From NCBI GenBank assembly GCA_965655095.1, contig OZ296648.1:146692001-146756000 (forward strand): DNA of 64,000 nt. Direction: 5' to 3'. This DNA is from Haplodiscus bocki (Eukaryota). Positions 40,101 through 53,200 of this stretch are shown in pieces (position 1 is the first letter of the stretch; the number at the start of each line of letters is the position of its first letter). A program made the position numbers and the translations under genes. The notes below the pieces were generated by a model that searched no databases, was not told the DNA's origin, and worked only from the letters and a program-made list of their open reading frames with translations.

Positions 40101-41445
40101 TTCACACTCAGTTGACGGAAAGTCTCACAATGCGACTGCGCTTCTTGTTACAATTCAGACCAAAGTGGATCTAGGATCCTTTTTTAGAACATCTGAAAGC
40201 AAAATATGTCTGAAGTCAGACTTACGTACCACTGTAAAATAACGGAGGAAAAATGCTTGCGAACAACGCAGGTAATCAGGTAATCGGTTACAAAAGTAAA
40301 ATTACCAGGCTGTGTAAACAGTATTTTCTACAAGTAATGATTAACTGCTGTTTCTGTAGGCAACCCACGGAGTTTTACCTGCCGTCTCGCAAATTTATTG
40401 TCTGGGCATTTATCCGAAAAGTTACTGTAACGTTGTTCAGGATAGCAGGAGACCATTTTTATGGTAGACAACCCTCAATCCATGTTTACGCTATTTTCTC
40501 ATTTCCGATAAAGAAACTATAAGTCTTCGAGATTTACAGCAAATTATGCATATTGACTCCATAAGCTGACAATAAAACATGCTTTTTTTAAAACGCCAAA
40601 TTTTAACTTTTAAAATTTAGAATCAAACAGAAACATTGTTCTATTTCGGACTCATCTTTTTCTCTTCACTTTTTCTAAAAGAAATCGTCATTTCTTTCAC
40701 TAGAGGGTCGTTATAAGCAGTTATTCCAAACGCGGCTTTGTCCGAGCATATGAAAGTCTGAAAAAGTCTTTTTTTTCCAAAAATCGAAAACGTATATTTC
40801 TTGAAGGTTGACATATCACGATGGCCGGCCATCTGTGATTCATGGACCGCCAAGCCATGGGCCAATCTATGATTTTTTTACGTTTTGTGAAACGTGATAG
40901 ATGGATTCAATTATACATGATGTTTCATGAATTACGAAGAAGCAATGATTTTTTTAACACATACATAATTTCCCACTCCACATATTCATCATCATTTAAA
41001 ATTGCGAGAAATATACAGCGGTATCTAACACAAATTTTGAAAATTTGGAAAGGTAGTCATCAAACGGTAATTATCAAACTAGAAAATTTGTTTATTTTAA
41101 TTTGACTTGATTGAACAGTTTGATATATATCGCAGAATGACATCGATGATTAATGGATGTCGATCCGCTCAAAATGTCAAACTGTTCGGTCTAGTTGAAA
41201 AATGCTCTTCAAAACACATGCTTTATACCAGAAAATCGATGATGCTTCCATGAAAATGTATGTTTTGTAGCGCAGTGATGTTGCTAATTTTGCAATTACA
41301 TTGACAACAGCTTTTTATTGAGCTGAAGAATATCCATGAGTCAACGATACCCATGACTCATCATGGTTATCTATGTTTGAGCACTATATCCATGAAAACT
41401 TCATGATCATATATGATTTCTTATGAGCTGCTAGCGGTCAACGTG

Positions 41446-42243
41446 CACTGTAAAACCGGCTCAGAAAATATACATTAAAAAACCGGCAATTTAACCTGCA
41501 GTCCGCTTGTATTTCAGCCCCAGATGCGGTTCACCTCCTGTACATGTTTTAGCAGGTAAACTTGCCTGTAAAGACGCGACCAAAAACATGATATTTTAGG
41601 TAAATTTGCTTGAGAGTCCCGTGTAATTTTTACAGATGCACGCTGGTGAATCATCCCGCACGTTTAAGGGAAACTTACGCGCTGAGGTGAGCACTTTTTT
41701 GTTTCAAAAAACAGTTTGTTCAATTTTCTGAAGCCGTGACAAACCTGCATCTATTGGATCGGTAGATTTCAATTTTTTGAGGTGTTGTGATTACTCAAGA
41801 CTTTGTAGGAAGGGGAAAATTGAAGCAATTCAAAAGAGAAGAGAGACAATTTTGAAAATTGAAAAGGTTTCACTTCGGCTTGACAAAATGAAAACTTCAC
41901 GTCTTATGAGCAATTTCCTGAGTCAATATGCGAAAAATACTGCAAGTCTCTGAGAATTAGGATTTTCCTGAAGGAAATCAAAAATTCAAGTAAACAGAGA
42001 CCAGATTTCTGCCTCAATCATGGTCGTCTAGCAACTTGGAATATATTGTAGTAATTTCTCAGAGATATGCATATACAAGTTGCCTAGTACACCACAAGTA
42101 GGGGACCGCGGGTTTCTTGTAGAAAACTCAAGTAGTCAATACTGGAAGAAAACTTCAACTGCTCCTGCAGGCAGATTTAGCTGAAGAAACTCGTACCTGC
42201 TGCCATTGTGGCCCATAATTACGCATACTCCATTTTTACAGTG
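41446..42243. mobile_element. Non-autonomous CACTG-terminus (CMC/EnSpm-like) element, 798 bp
   Basis: Inverted termini CACTGTAAAA (41446-41455) / TTTTACAGTG (42234-42243). Flanks are TG and CA, so no intact TSD. A further CACTGTAAAA start occurs at 40230. Confidence 0.6.
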
Positions 42244-42544
42244 CAAACAGCGGAACGTTTTTTTCGATACCTACATGAATTTTCAACTGAATGTATCACT
42301 AAAGCTGTATACGGCGGCCCTGCAGATTAACTGAAATCTCATGTTGTTCCGGCGTATACACTTGTAGATGAAGGTTATTGGTTTGTCATGTACCGTAAGC
42401 AAACCGCTTTTGAGACTCTTTTTGCAAATGTTGTATTTTTATCATTTTCCGTGGAAAAAAAATTCAAAAGGAAAAGATTCAATTCAGTAGTCGGAGTTCT
42501 TTTTCCTTTTCCTGAAACCGCCCATGACGCGAAGAGTTCACAAG

Positions 42545-42660
42545 TCTGCAGAATCGTTGGTATCTTGTATAATACATATGCCGGGTGTCACCGCAGTTGG
42601 GGAGCCGGAGGTGGCGTGTCCATATCCCGCTTTCTGGCAAAAATTTCACATTTTTTCTGA
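42545..42660 (+). mobile_element. Possible decayed tRNA-derived SINE head
   Basis: GGAGGTGGCGTGTCCATATCCCGC resembles a mutated T-arm/B-box (GGTTCGAATCCC). It does not fold into a full tRNA. Confidence 0.3.
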
Positions 42661-43299
42661 CACTCGTTACCATATTCTTGTTTTTTAGTAGCAAAAAAAC
42701 AGCGTTTTTTCGAAAAATTTTAGTGTTTTTTGATAACTGGGCTTCTTTTTCACAAAAAATATCCGTTTTGCGACCTAACTGAAATTAAAAACTTCCTTCT
42801 GGGATTTTTTCAAAAAAAAACATGGGAAAAAATTTCGATCCTCCAAATAAGCCGAGAAAAGTTAAAAGTTGATAAATCCGTTTAAAAAAACCTATAAATA
42901 TGAGTAATTGGAACTTCTTAAGTTTATCATTTTAGTTTTTTTTACTATCCTAGTTTCTCTGGCGCCACAAAATACAAATGTAGTTCGAAATTGTGTCTGG
43001 TGGAATATATCGTTCTCTGACTCTCACATTGAGGAAATGTCTAGAAACGTAATTAGTGTTGAAATTCCTTGAAGTTGCAATTCACTTTTCTCCAATACAA
43101 AGAGGCTCAAATCTTTCATCTAGGTCTAAAACGAAAGCCTTCTACTTGTACAAGGGTATGCCATTTGAAAATCCTTGCTTTTGTTCTTTGCGTCAAAAAC
43201 CTGATAGACCGGTAATGTGAAAAAAGTGCCATTACTTTCCAGAAAACTCGGTTCTCAAATTTTTTATTTCCACTTAAAAGTTTAAGCGATTCGTTCAAT

Positions 43300-46150
43300 C
43301 AAGTTCCCAATCGTTAGTTGTCAACGTGTGTTGAACCCTTCCCTGGAAAATTCTTTAATTTTGTTCCTTGCATCAGAAGCTTGATAGTATAAAGTTTCCG
43401 AAAATGATGTTCAATTTTGACACATGTCGCTGTTCGAACTCATGTTTTTCGGTAACTACAGGTTTCTTTTGGTCCACGAAGATCCCAGTCAAAAACTCTA
43501 CCATAGTAGACGAAAAGTCAAAAGAAAAATCGTTTTGTATTGATTCTTGCATTGGAACCTTGCATATGCTAAAACCTCAAAAAAGTCTAATGAAATTGAT
43601 AAATTTCGTTATTCGAACTCACGTTTGGCCGTAACTACACGTTCGGTTTTTTCTATCAGGGTCTGAATCAGAATTATTACACAAGTGGAGCAGGATTTGC
43701 TTGAGAAAAATTTGTTCTCAGCTTTGGTTCCGACTTTTGATGGTCTAAATACTCCCAATAATGCTACTAATTGTGATTCATCCCGAGACTCAAACTTTTT
43801 TCTCGATATTTAGAGGCTTGATTTCTTCAATCAACGTCTCAATCTAGAACTGAAAAAATAAACAGGGGTATTTTTCCGCAGAACTAATCGTTTTTTTGCC
43901 TGGTTTAGAATTTTGACGGTCCAAAAATTCCAAAACTTGCTGTTTCTGTTGATTCATCTCCATAATCAAAATCATTTATAATTGTGTTTGAAAGCTTCCT
44001 TTCTTCCCCCATGGTCTCCATCGAAAACTTTACTGTTGTCATTTGGGATTTATTTGCAATTTCATTTTATTTGAGCTTTGCAACAGAATCTTGATGGTCT
44101 GAATGTTACAAAAAGGTTGTCATCAAACATGACTTATCTCGTTATTCAATTTCAGTTTTCTACGGAACTACATGTTTGATTTCATCCATCGAGATCTAAA
44201 TTGAGCGCCTTGCACTTGTATAATTGATCTAAGTATAAAATGTTCACTTTGACTCTTGCATCAGAACTTTGATTGTCCGAAACTTCCAAAAAGTGCTAAT
44301 AAAAATGAACTGTCCCAATATTCGAATTCATGTATAACTGTAAGTTGAAGTTATTGGTATTTCATCGAGGCGTCAAGCAAAAACTGTACCTTTTTAGTTT
44401 TTAGAGAAGGAATTGATAGAGTATTCATTTACTTTGACTTTTGCATCGGGTCACTGGTAGTCGGAGACTCAGTCCTTTTTTTTCGATACTCACAGGCTTG
44501 ATATCTTCCATCAGATCTCAACCGAAAGCTAGAACTTTTTGAGGAAGTTATCCAATGAACAGCCAGTGATTTCATTCCTTGGCTCAGAATGTTAATAGTC
44601 CGAACATTCCAAAAAGGCTAATCTTTTGAGCTATCTCGATAATCAAAGTCATATGTATCAGTAACTACCGATTTAATTTTATCCCACAAGGTCTTCATTG
44701 GAAGCGCTTCAAATGCGGAGGAGAAGTGGTCTCACAAAAACACTTTCCGAGCTTTGCGTCGGAATTCTGATAGTTTGGAGTTTCCGAAATGGTATTTTAA
44801 TATAGAATCTTCCCGAAAATCAAACACTTTTTCTTCGTATGTAGAAGCTCAGTTTCTTTCATCAAGGTCACAATCCAAAATTTTTGACTTGTATTTCAGT
44901 GTTACACTGAGAAAGTTTTCATTGTGTTTCTTTTGTCGGAATCCCAACAGTCTTGAAAATCCGAAAAAGTTTGATTCTGACCTATCGCGAAATCCGAAGT
45001 CATGTTTCTCCGCAACTAGACTAACTTTCTCCCATCAGGCACTAATATCTCGATCGACAATTTTTAAGTCATAGATGAAAACGGGGCATAAAAACTGATT
45101 GAGTTTGTTCCCTGCGTAGGAATTTTGGTGGTTACAAAATGCCAAAGAACAGCCTTTTACTCTGACATTTTTCCGTTATTCCAGCTGCCATTCTACTTTA
45201 TTTGTTGACATCATATCATCCTTCAAGGTCTCTTCCAGCCTTTTCTGTTGTTGGTGGAATGAAATATTTTCCAAAAAACTGATTTTGTTAAGTGTGCTGG
45301 AATCATGATAGTCCGAGAATGCCAAACTCCTAATATTATTGATAGTTGTCTACCTTCAAAAATCAAATTTCTCCAAGACTACTGGCTTGCTCACTCCGAA
45401 AAAGATCGCAATCGAATTGTTGGTAACTTCTTGGTGTGGCATTTGGTGGACAAACTATCAATTCTCTTCTTTCACTGGAATCCTGACGGAATTGAAGTGC
45501 CAGAATTGTTTGTAATATGGGATCAGTTTGATTTCGGAACTTGCGTTTCTCCAAACCAACTGGCTTGATTTCTTCCTTCAAGGTCTCAATCCAAAGCCTT
45601 CAACTCTTGTTGGATCATTGCGTTAGAACTCGTTGATTTTTTCGTTCAGTGGAATGCTGATGGACCAGACCTGCCAGAAAATGCTTTTAGTCTTGACATG
45701 AAGGTAATCAAACTCTTATTTCTTCAGCTCTACTTGCTTCGTTTTTTGTTTTTCCGTCAAGGTGTCAATCGATACTTTTTTACTTGAGGCCAACTATTGG
45801 TTTGTAAATATCATGAAGATTTTTCTCTTTGTCGAAATTGGAGTTCTGATTGACCAAGAAAGGCAAAAGTGCTATTTGTATTGGGTTAACTTGATATTCC
45901 AGATCGTCTTTCTCGAAAACTACATATTTGAATTCTTTTATCAAAGTCTGAATTGACAGTGATATATTCTAGGGTCTTTCTTAGAAGGAACAATTTCTGA
46001 TTGTGTCCCTTTGATTGAAATCTGGATGGTTCGAAAATGCAAAAGGGTGCCTTTAATAATCATGTTTCGTCGATCCTGAAGCTCATAGTTTTCCAAAGCT
46101 ACCGGCTTGAATTCTCCCGACAAGGTCTCCATCAAAACTTTCTGGTCAGA
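43300..46150. repeat. Degenerate ~178-bp satellite, block 3 (~16 units)
   Basis: Variants of the anchor CCATCAAGGTCTCAATC at ~43473, 43653, 43828, 44008, 44186, 44362, 44508, 44683, 44859, 45032, 45220, 45397, 45575, 45754, 45938 and 46117. Confidence 0.8.
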
Positions 46151-46499
46151 AACGGGTTTCTATTTGGAAGTTATTTGGCGTGGGTTCCATCAGTATTTTT
46201 TGCGCCCCATTGACGGAAAAAATCGCAGTTCGATTGCGCCTTTTGTTCACTAACAACCTAAACGTTGAAAAGTAGAAGAAATTGTATGAAATGATATATT
46301 CTTTATATCCAGCTAGAATTCGAAGCAACTCTGACGTAACATCAATTGTACACATTATGGAAACATCAAAAACGAATAACAACTCCGGTGTAAAGTTGGC
46401 CACATGTTTATTTAACAGCAGAAGACTGGTCACTATAGTAACGGTTGAATGGCTACGTAAATCGTGTAAGATAAATTGCTGATTTAATGTCTTGTCCCA

Positions 46500-47832
46500 A
46501 GTGTTTGCTACCACGTTCTGCCTTCCGTTTCTGGAGATGTTTTTTTCACTCTTTTGTCATTTTGCATTCCGTATTCAACTTCAAAAAGCTTTCAGTGCTG
46601 GCGTTTAAGATTTATGTTTCTGTTTGCTGTCTTGTAACAAGGTGTATTTTGGTTATCATTTCGAATAATAGATAGCTCAAAAATTGTAACTTTTTAAAAA
46701 TGTCGTTTTTCGTTTTTCCAGTTTTGCTTGCTTGATGTCGGTGGTTATTTCAGCTCGTTTTTAAACGTTTTCATTCTTTTTCTTCACCGTTTCAGCGTTT
46801 CCTTCACCAATTTTGTTAACACCAACGATAATAAAATTAAATCTAGCATTTCCACATGACTGTTTATTATGTCTGCCTCCACCGATATTTCTTCGCTGTG
46901 GCTAACGCGGTAAAATCCGGTCCAGCTTCCTAGTCCCCTTCTTTGAACATGTTCCGTTGGTCTCCAAAACTCCTTGATGTTGCGGAATTTCAATTTGGTG
47001 TTTTGGGTCGAGTGGGACTTTACTCTTGAGTGTGCAATTTGACTCAAATAAACGTTTCGCTATTTGACTATTTCTTGTGTAACAGTCTAATATCCTACGT
47101 TAAGAGCGTATGTTTAGTTTTTCGAAAACTTCCCATGGGTATTGTCTGAAATACCTTTCTGTCGTTTTCAGCGGAAGGTGTTTTCACTGAAAATTAGGTA
47201 TTCGACTAAGCAAACTCAAAAGCCGTTTGGACTAGTGGCTCGCCTGTTTCAATTTCTTTGGCAATAATACTAAATGGCAGCTCCGTTCAATGTCAGCGTC
47301 GAACATTGCATTAATCAAACCTCGTCTATTCGGCTGATATTCACTCAGTTTTCATCCAGTTCTTGGCTCTCCTATATTTACCAAGAAGAATAGCCATTTT
47401 GCTTCGTAGCTTTTGATCAAAACGTAGATTTAGTTCAATTTGGTATATCTGTACTCCTGTGTGATTTGTCTGTCATACGCATTGTTTTCAACGCTAGCTG
47501 GGACTTTCTAGTTCTTCCCAGTTAGCTCAAAAAGAATGAAATCGTATGGACCTTTCTGCGTTAAGAATTGTGGTATATTGCAGTGAACTCAAAAAACATT
47601 GTTTCTTCACAAAATCAACAAAAATCCGGAAAAAAAGCAAGAATGGTGTCATCAACTTACTTCTGTGATTTCTTTTCAGTGTGAAACATTTTTCTGATTA
47701 TAGTTCTTCACTGAATCCATCAACCGAACTAACGCAAAAACTCCTCTACTTTCATGTAATGTCCCTGTAAAATCCATTGGTATAATCTGGCCCAGTTCAG
47801 TGACCAATTCCATTCTATTTCTCTTTCATTCA
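46500..47832 (-). pseudogene. Decayed LTR-retrotransposon integrase, cut by the assembly gap
   Basis: MDFTGTLHESRGVFALVRLMDS (~47780-47715; cf. core IDFxG...LVxxDxFSK) and WTGFYRV (GPY/F-like) in ORF 46784-47047. Confidence 0.5.
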
Positions 47833-48032
47833 NNNNNNNNNNNNNNNNNNNNNNNNNNNNNNNNNNNNNNNNNNNNNNNNNNNNNNNNNNNNNNNNNNNN
47901 NNNNNNNNNNNNNNNNNNNNNNNNNNNNNNNNNNNNNNNNNNNNNNNNNNNNNNNNNNNNNNNNNNNNNNNNNNNNNNNNNNNNNNNNNNNNNNNNNNNN
48001 NNNNNNNNNNNNNNNNNNNNNNNNNNNNNNNN
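47833..48032. other. Assembly (scaffold) gap, 200 N
   Basis: Run of exactly 200 N; contiguity across it is not sequence-supported. Confidence 1.
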
Positions 48033-48796
48033 AACGTTTCGGTGGAAATGAGCATATGTCAAACACGCTGCAGTATTATGATAATATGGGGGCGTTGTAA
48101 TGACTAATATGTAATCACTACCATGAAATAAACTCAATTGTTCTATGATTCATCACTTCATCATTTTCTACTTACAATTGTGACCTTCACACCAGTCATC
48201 TACCCGTTAACTAACCTGCACTGACAGCTGAAGTGGCATCTCTTCTGAAAAATAAAAAAAAACATGTGAGTTCAAAATGTCATGCAAAGTGTTTTCTTTC
48301 ACTTCTAGCAAATCCCAAACTCAAATCAATCCTCGGAAAAAATCAGTAAACAATTGTCTTAAAAACTCTTGATATTTTCTTTGTGAGACTCACGCCATTT
48401 TAATTCGAACTGACTCTCACAGTTACTGGCTTCGTGTTGAAGATTCTTGTCCAATCATAACTGAAGACGGCAACGTTTTCTTTCAGTCTTTCAACTTGTG
48501 GCATAGTAGCCAATTCTCTGAAAATCTCGGGAAAGTGGATTCGTTAGGTTGAAAGTCTTCTTGTACTTTTCTAATTAGGGAACTTGCTTCGTTCACATGA
48601 CAAAACGGTCATCAGTAGCTCGGAAATACAACGAACCGCGCTCACTTGTATCCTCCAACATAAGAAAAACGGCTAGCAGTGAATAAAGCGATAACGTCAA
48701 CACTTCAAATTACTTAGAATGTCCAATCGATTATCATTTAAAGTCTGCAATTATCAACAGTAGTAAATTTTATCATCAATTTTATGCATTGTAAGT

Positions 48797-49100
48797 GTCA
48801 TACCGGTGTTGTCCGCTGACTTCATTGTCGCACTTTGAACCGGTAGGTTCCCTGTTTACAACAATTTCTAACTCGTTCCGTCAGTATGCCAATAGAGCGC
48901 ATAACTTCTCAACTCACAGCAGGGTTGGCTCAAACGCCTGTTTGGCTGGTCCAATTCTGATTGACGTATCAGCCCACTCTTGAAGAGTTCGTTTTCCATG
49001 GAGTCCCGTTCCGGTTTGTTTCGTTTTCATAAATCCATGGGATCTTAGGAACCCTTGAGCGTTTGCGCGTTAATTTCAGTGCCGATGATCGTTAATCAAG
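48797..49100 (-). mobile_element. Short gag N-terminal stub of an LTR element
   Basis: Reads AKQAFEPTLL*VEKLCALLAY*RNELE, the same LE-x-(L/I)-C-x-L coiled-coil pattern as the stub at 57300-57400. Confidence 0.35.
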
Positions 49101-49616
49101 AAAAAGTAGCTTTGATTTGAAAATTTTGGATTTTCATGTTGGAAGTCAAGTGTATCTGAAATCAATATAGTCTTTCCAAACAGTAGATAGCTAAAAAAAT
49201 ACAAGATTGGAAGTCTGAGGACGTAATTACTTCACGTAATAAATCTAGTCATTCTGACTGGAGCTCATTTGCACACCTGTTTTTTTTTAACATCAGCTTT
49301 TACCGTTTCTCCTTGCACTTATAGCGTTTTTAAATCAGCTTTTTAATTCATAGTTAAACTGCATGTTTTGACTCCATGGGTGTTGTTATAGTGGCCTCAC
49401 TAAAAGAATCGTATAATTGTTTCAATGCTTTCAAAACTAGTCAGCAGCACTGACAATGTGCTAAAAATGCCAGAATGAGCTTATGTTCGGCTCACTAATT
49501 GATCGCACCTACTTAGCGCCGAATGAAAAAATACTTCATCAGCAATGAAAAAATGAAACAATGCTGATTTTACGTTCAGCGCATTTAGGAGTTGTTACTG
49601 TGCTTGTTTAACTAAA

Positions 49617-49774
49617 TTGCATTAGGGTGAGGTCTGATAGAACTCACACACAAAAATTCAACCACTGCTGCGTTGTACAATGGATGTTCGACCTTGTTGC
49701 ATTAGGATGAAGTCTGATAGAACTCACACTCAAGATTGGATCTGATTCCAGTGTACTATGGATGTTGGACCTTG
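49617..49774. repeat. Two-copy ~80-bp diverged tandem duplication
   Basis: TTGCATTAGG(G/A)TGA(G/A)GTCTGATAGAACTCACAC...TGGATGTT(C/G)GACCTTG at 49617 and 49697. Confidence 0.9.
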
Positions 49775-50689
49775 AAGTGTAGAACGGCTAACTCTCCCTA
49801 AAAATTGTTCATGACGGTGTATTTTTTTAAATCAGTGAAGTATGCTAAGGCTCGTTCTAAACAAGGGTATGACATGATGGAAGAAGTTACTAGGGTTTTT
49901 GAGTGAAATGCGTGGCTGCTCATTCTGAACAATGAAACTTGATATTTTGTCTTTTAGCTGCCCTAAAGCGGTGCATGGTACAGTTCATATCCAATCAATG
50001 AATTTTCTTGACAGCAAAGTTGAGTAGCGCTATGAAATTGCGTGATACAGCTCGCTATCAAATGATCATTACAGAATCTGTAAACGTACTGCGCTTAGAG
50101 TGAGGTTGGTTACCGCTCATTCTGAATTTTGAAACTGATGATGTCCTGTTTAGCTGCAGTGGAGTGAGTTGTGATGCAGCTCACTTACAACAACTTTTTT
50201 ACTATGTTGATTATGGTGCGTAGCTTGAAAAGACTTAGGTGAGGTAAGCTTAACGTCACTTTGCAGGGTTTTTAACATCACATAATCGCAATCGTAGCCG
50301 TAGCAAAGGAAATATTATTGCAGTGGCTAGCATATCGAGTTTCAAAATTAGCTGCAAATGATCGTATGTTTTCGGTGATACTAGGAAGAAGTAAATTTTT
50401 CATAATGGAAGATAAACTAAGTGCATTCTGAAATCATATAATTGGTGTTTCATTCATCTGAGAATGACAGTAGGTTACCTGCTGCGTTTAGAGTAAATTG
50501 AGTTTTAAAGTCGAACACTTGATTCTGAAAAATTTTCCACAGGTTGACAAGGACTTGGACCAATTTTACCTTAAGAAAACTTTTGTTTTCCGTATAACCA
50601 GTATTTGGAGATCCACGTGATAATGGTTTTGAAGATGTGCAGAAACACTGCGAAGGAAAAGTCAGTATTCATCAACATATTGAAAATCT

Positions 50690-51600
50690 TTGGGGAAGAC
50701 AAGTAACTTGGAACATTGGTGGGATCTAAATAAAATGGTACCAGCGCTCTTTGCGCCTCGTGAATAAGCGACCGACTACAATACCGGCTGCTTTTTTTTT
50801 CAAAAAAGGCACACAGAATCGATCCGATTCCAAAGTAGAGTCTGTCTTTTCGTAAAAATTGTTAAAATGCATCCGACGATCTTCATAAGCAATGTACAAC
50901 ATAGAGAGAATGCGATAAGTCTGTAACACTAGCACATGCGAAAAAACTTCTGAAAGTCGCAGAATTTTCTTCGAACAGAAAAGTTCCCGTTGTTAAGCTC
51001 TCTCATGTTGGGAGTATGAATTCTACATTATGGTTATTCAAATGGCCTAATATTGCTGTGTGAAGCACTTCATTCATGTTTTTTCAGTTCAGACGAAAGA
51101 AACTTTTTGCAGCTTTAAAATTAGACCTCGATAAGAACGCCACTCTGCCACTTGATGGACTTCGTGAAAGTTTTGAACGTGAATATGTATTCCAAAACCG
51201 TAGAAAACTAATTTTTGTTAACTGTGCATTGCTACATACTTGTTCCTGCTAACTGTTGAAACACTAGTATAACACAAGGTCACATCACTAAACAGGACTT
51301 AATCAATTTCAATTGTTTTCAATTTTGTGCCGGAAGTGAAAAAATTCGCTCTGACTTGGTACGTTATCGATAACTGCTATCTAGGCAATAGCATCAAACA
51401 TGATAGAACACCATATTTTAAAATCAGTCAAGAAAATACCGCAGCGAAGTATTAGATATGTGCTGGAAGCTTTTGAGATAATATATCTTACGAACTTGAA
51501 TAACTTTGGCGAATACGAATCAAGAATGTCGCCAAACAGCTAGTAAGGTCTAAAATACATAAATGGGAAGAAGTGGCAGTCTTGAAGCCTACATGGCGCT
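50690..51600 (+). mobile_element. Probable LINE ORF2 endonuclease (APE) remnant
   Basis: VTWNIGGI at ~50703-50726 matches the APE N-terminal TWNxxG motif; the rest is badly decayed. Confidence 0.35.
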
Positions 51601-51945
51601 CTCACCTCAATTTCACTTAAGCTACTAGATCATGTGGCCAAGAATACTGAAGTACAGTGTCCTGAGTACCATCAACAAACATTGGTCACCTACCGAATTG
51701 AACTCGAGTTTTCAGACAGTACAACACATTAGAGTCAACTTCAACTCTCTGACACAAATATCTGCAAGCGTTCAACACTCAATGTCGTGTTGTAAAAAAC
51801 CTTGAACAAATTGACAGCAACTGTTTTCTGAACTCAAAATTCCACAAAAAGTTTCATTCTGCAACACTTCTTGAGCAACGCAATAAACAAAGTGCTAGAC
51901 AAAATGGACACGGATGACAAACGCAGTAAAACGAAAAAAACGTAG

Positions 51946-53200
51946 TGTTGCATGTCAACGTTGAGAATCGTAGGCGACGAGCTCCCGTTACATCTCAGTA
52001 TGTCACCAGGGAAATAAAAGCTCAAACTGACCTGCTGACAACATAGTTGGACTAAGTGTCTCACTCTAATCTCAAGATAAAACGCATATAGACTTAACGA
52101 AGGCTTCAGTCAACTGGGTCAAGATCCGTCTGGGGCCCCCGGCACTTCATTTATTTTAGTGCCAGAATCTCTGAACTCAGTTTATCACCGAAACAAACAA
52201 ATGAATTCCAGGGTCAACCAACAAATTAGACGAAAACGATCTTTCCCACTAAAAGGAGCCAACTAAGAGCTTGCAACTCCACCAACTCATCCAAGGAACT
52301 TATATTCACAGCAGGAAACCATTTGCTATATGTTATCAAAGGTGAAGCTACCCGCACCATAGTGCCCGAATGCAATTCCCAAAAATCCGTGGCTCCGCAG
52401 ACAATTTCGAGGAGTTTGAATACCTTTTATTGAACCACCTGCAAAAACACTGACATGATGTTACGGAAAAACAAACTCTTCATTTCTATTGCGACGAAGT
52501 CGTATTTCGAGCAAACACTCAGTTCTTCCCCGAACACGACACTGGAAAACAAACTCAACGAGTACCGCCAACTAGTTTCCTATAATTTCAAAGAAGTTTC
52601 TAGATTGAAATGTGATCGACTCATGCACTATTTTTCCAAGGAAACAATCTACGAAACCTTGATGATACTGAGGAGCTCAGCCAAACAAGCATTCGGAGAC
52701 CCAGTGACTGGTTTTGTGGAGACGTTTGTGTTTCGGGCATTCCTTTTGAAGGTTCAACGGGAATTTTCTACCTCAGGATGAAATCAGAGCCTTCATTCAA
52801 AGAGATTTCAATTACCAGTTCCAACAAATCATCCTGCAAACAGCGACTCATCCGCTCTTCAAAATATCTAGCAACCAACACCAACAACGCTCATACAACA
52901 CAACTGATCAAGCCGTGGATCATAACTAGACATTGAATGGAAATTTTCACTACTGTGGCAAATTAGATCATCGTCTGCGGGAATGGAGCTTTGGAATGCG
53001 GGATCAAGGCAGGAAAAAAGTCCACAGAATGACGTCCAACCACCAAGAGCTCGTCCCAAGTACAACTCCAAAGTAATCTGCCAAGTGCATAACGCAACGT
53101 ATCATACCCCAACCATGAGGAGTCCTAAAAGACGCTTCAGCTCAAAAAAAATTTAAACAACTCACCCAACTCAACTCATGGGAGAATGAAACTGACCAAT
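51946..53200 (+). mobile_element. LTR, PBS-like site and gag remnant (Ty3/Gypsy-type)
   Basis: TGTTG start at 51946, AATAAA inside, TGGGGCCCCCGG at 52131. ORF 52455-52781 (...FKEVSRLKCD...AKQAFGD...ETFVF...) is capsid-like. Confidence 0.6.

Noticed and set aside
42545-42660. Functional tRNA gene
   Set aside because: The T-loop consensus is broken and no D-arm or anticodon arm can be folded; kept only as a possible SINE remnant.
47729-48137. ORFs spanning the N run
   Set aside because: Artefacts of translating through the gap.
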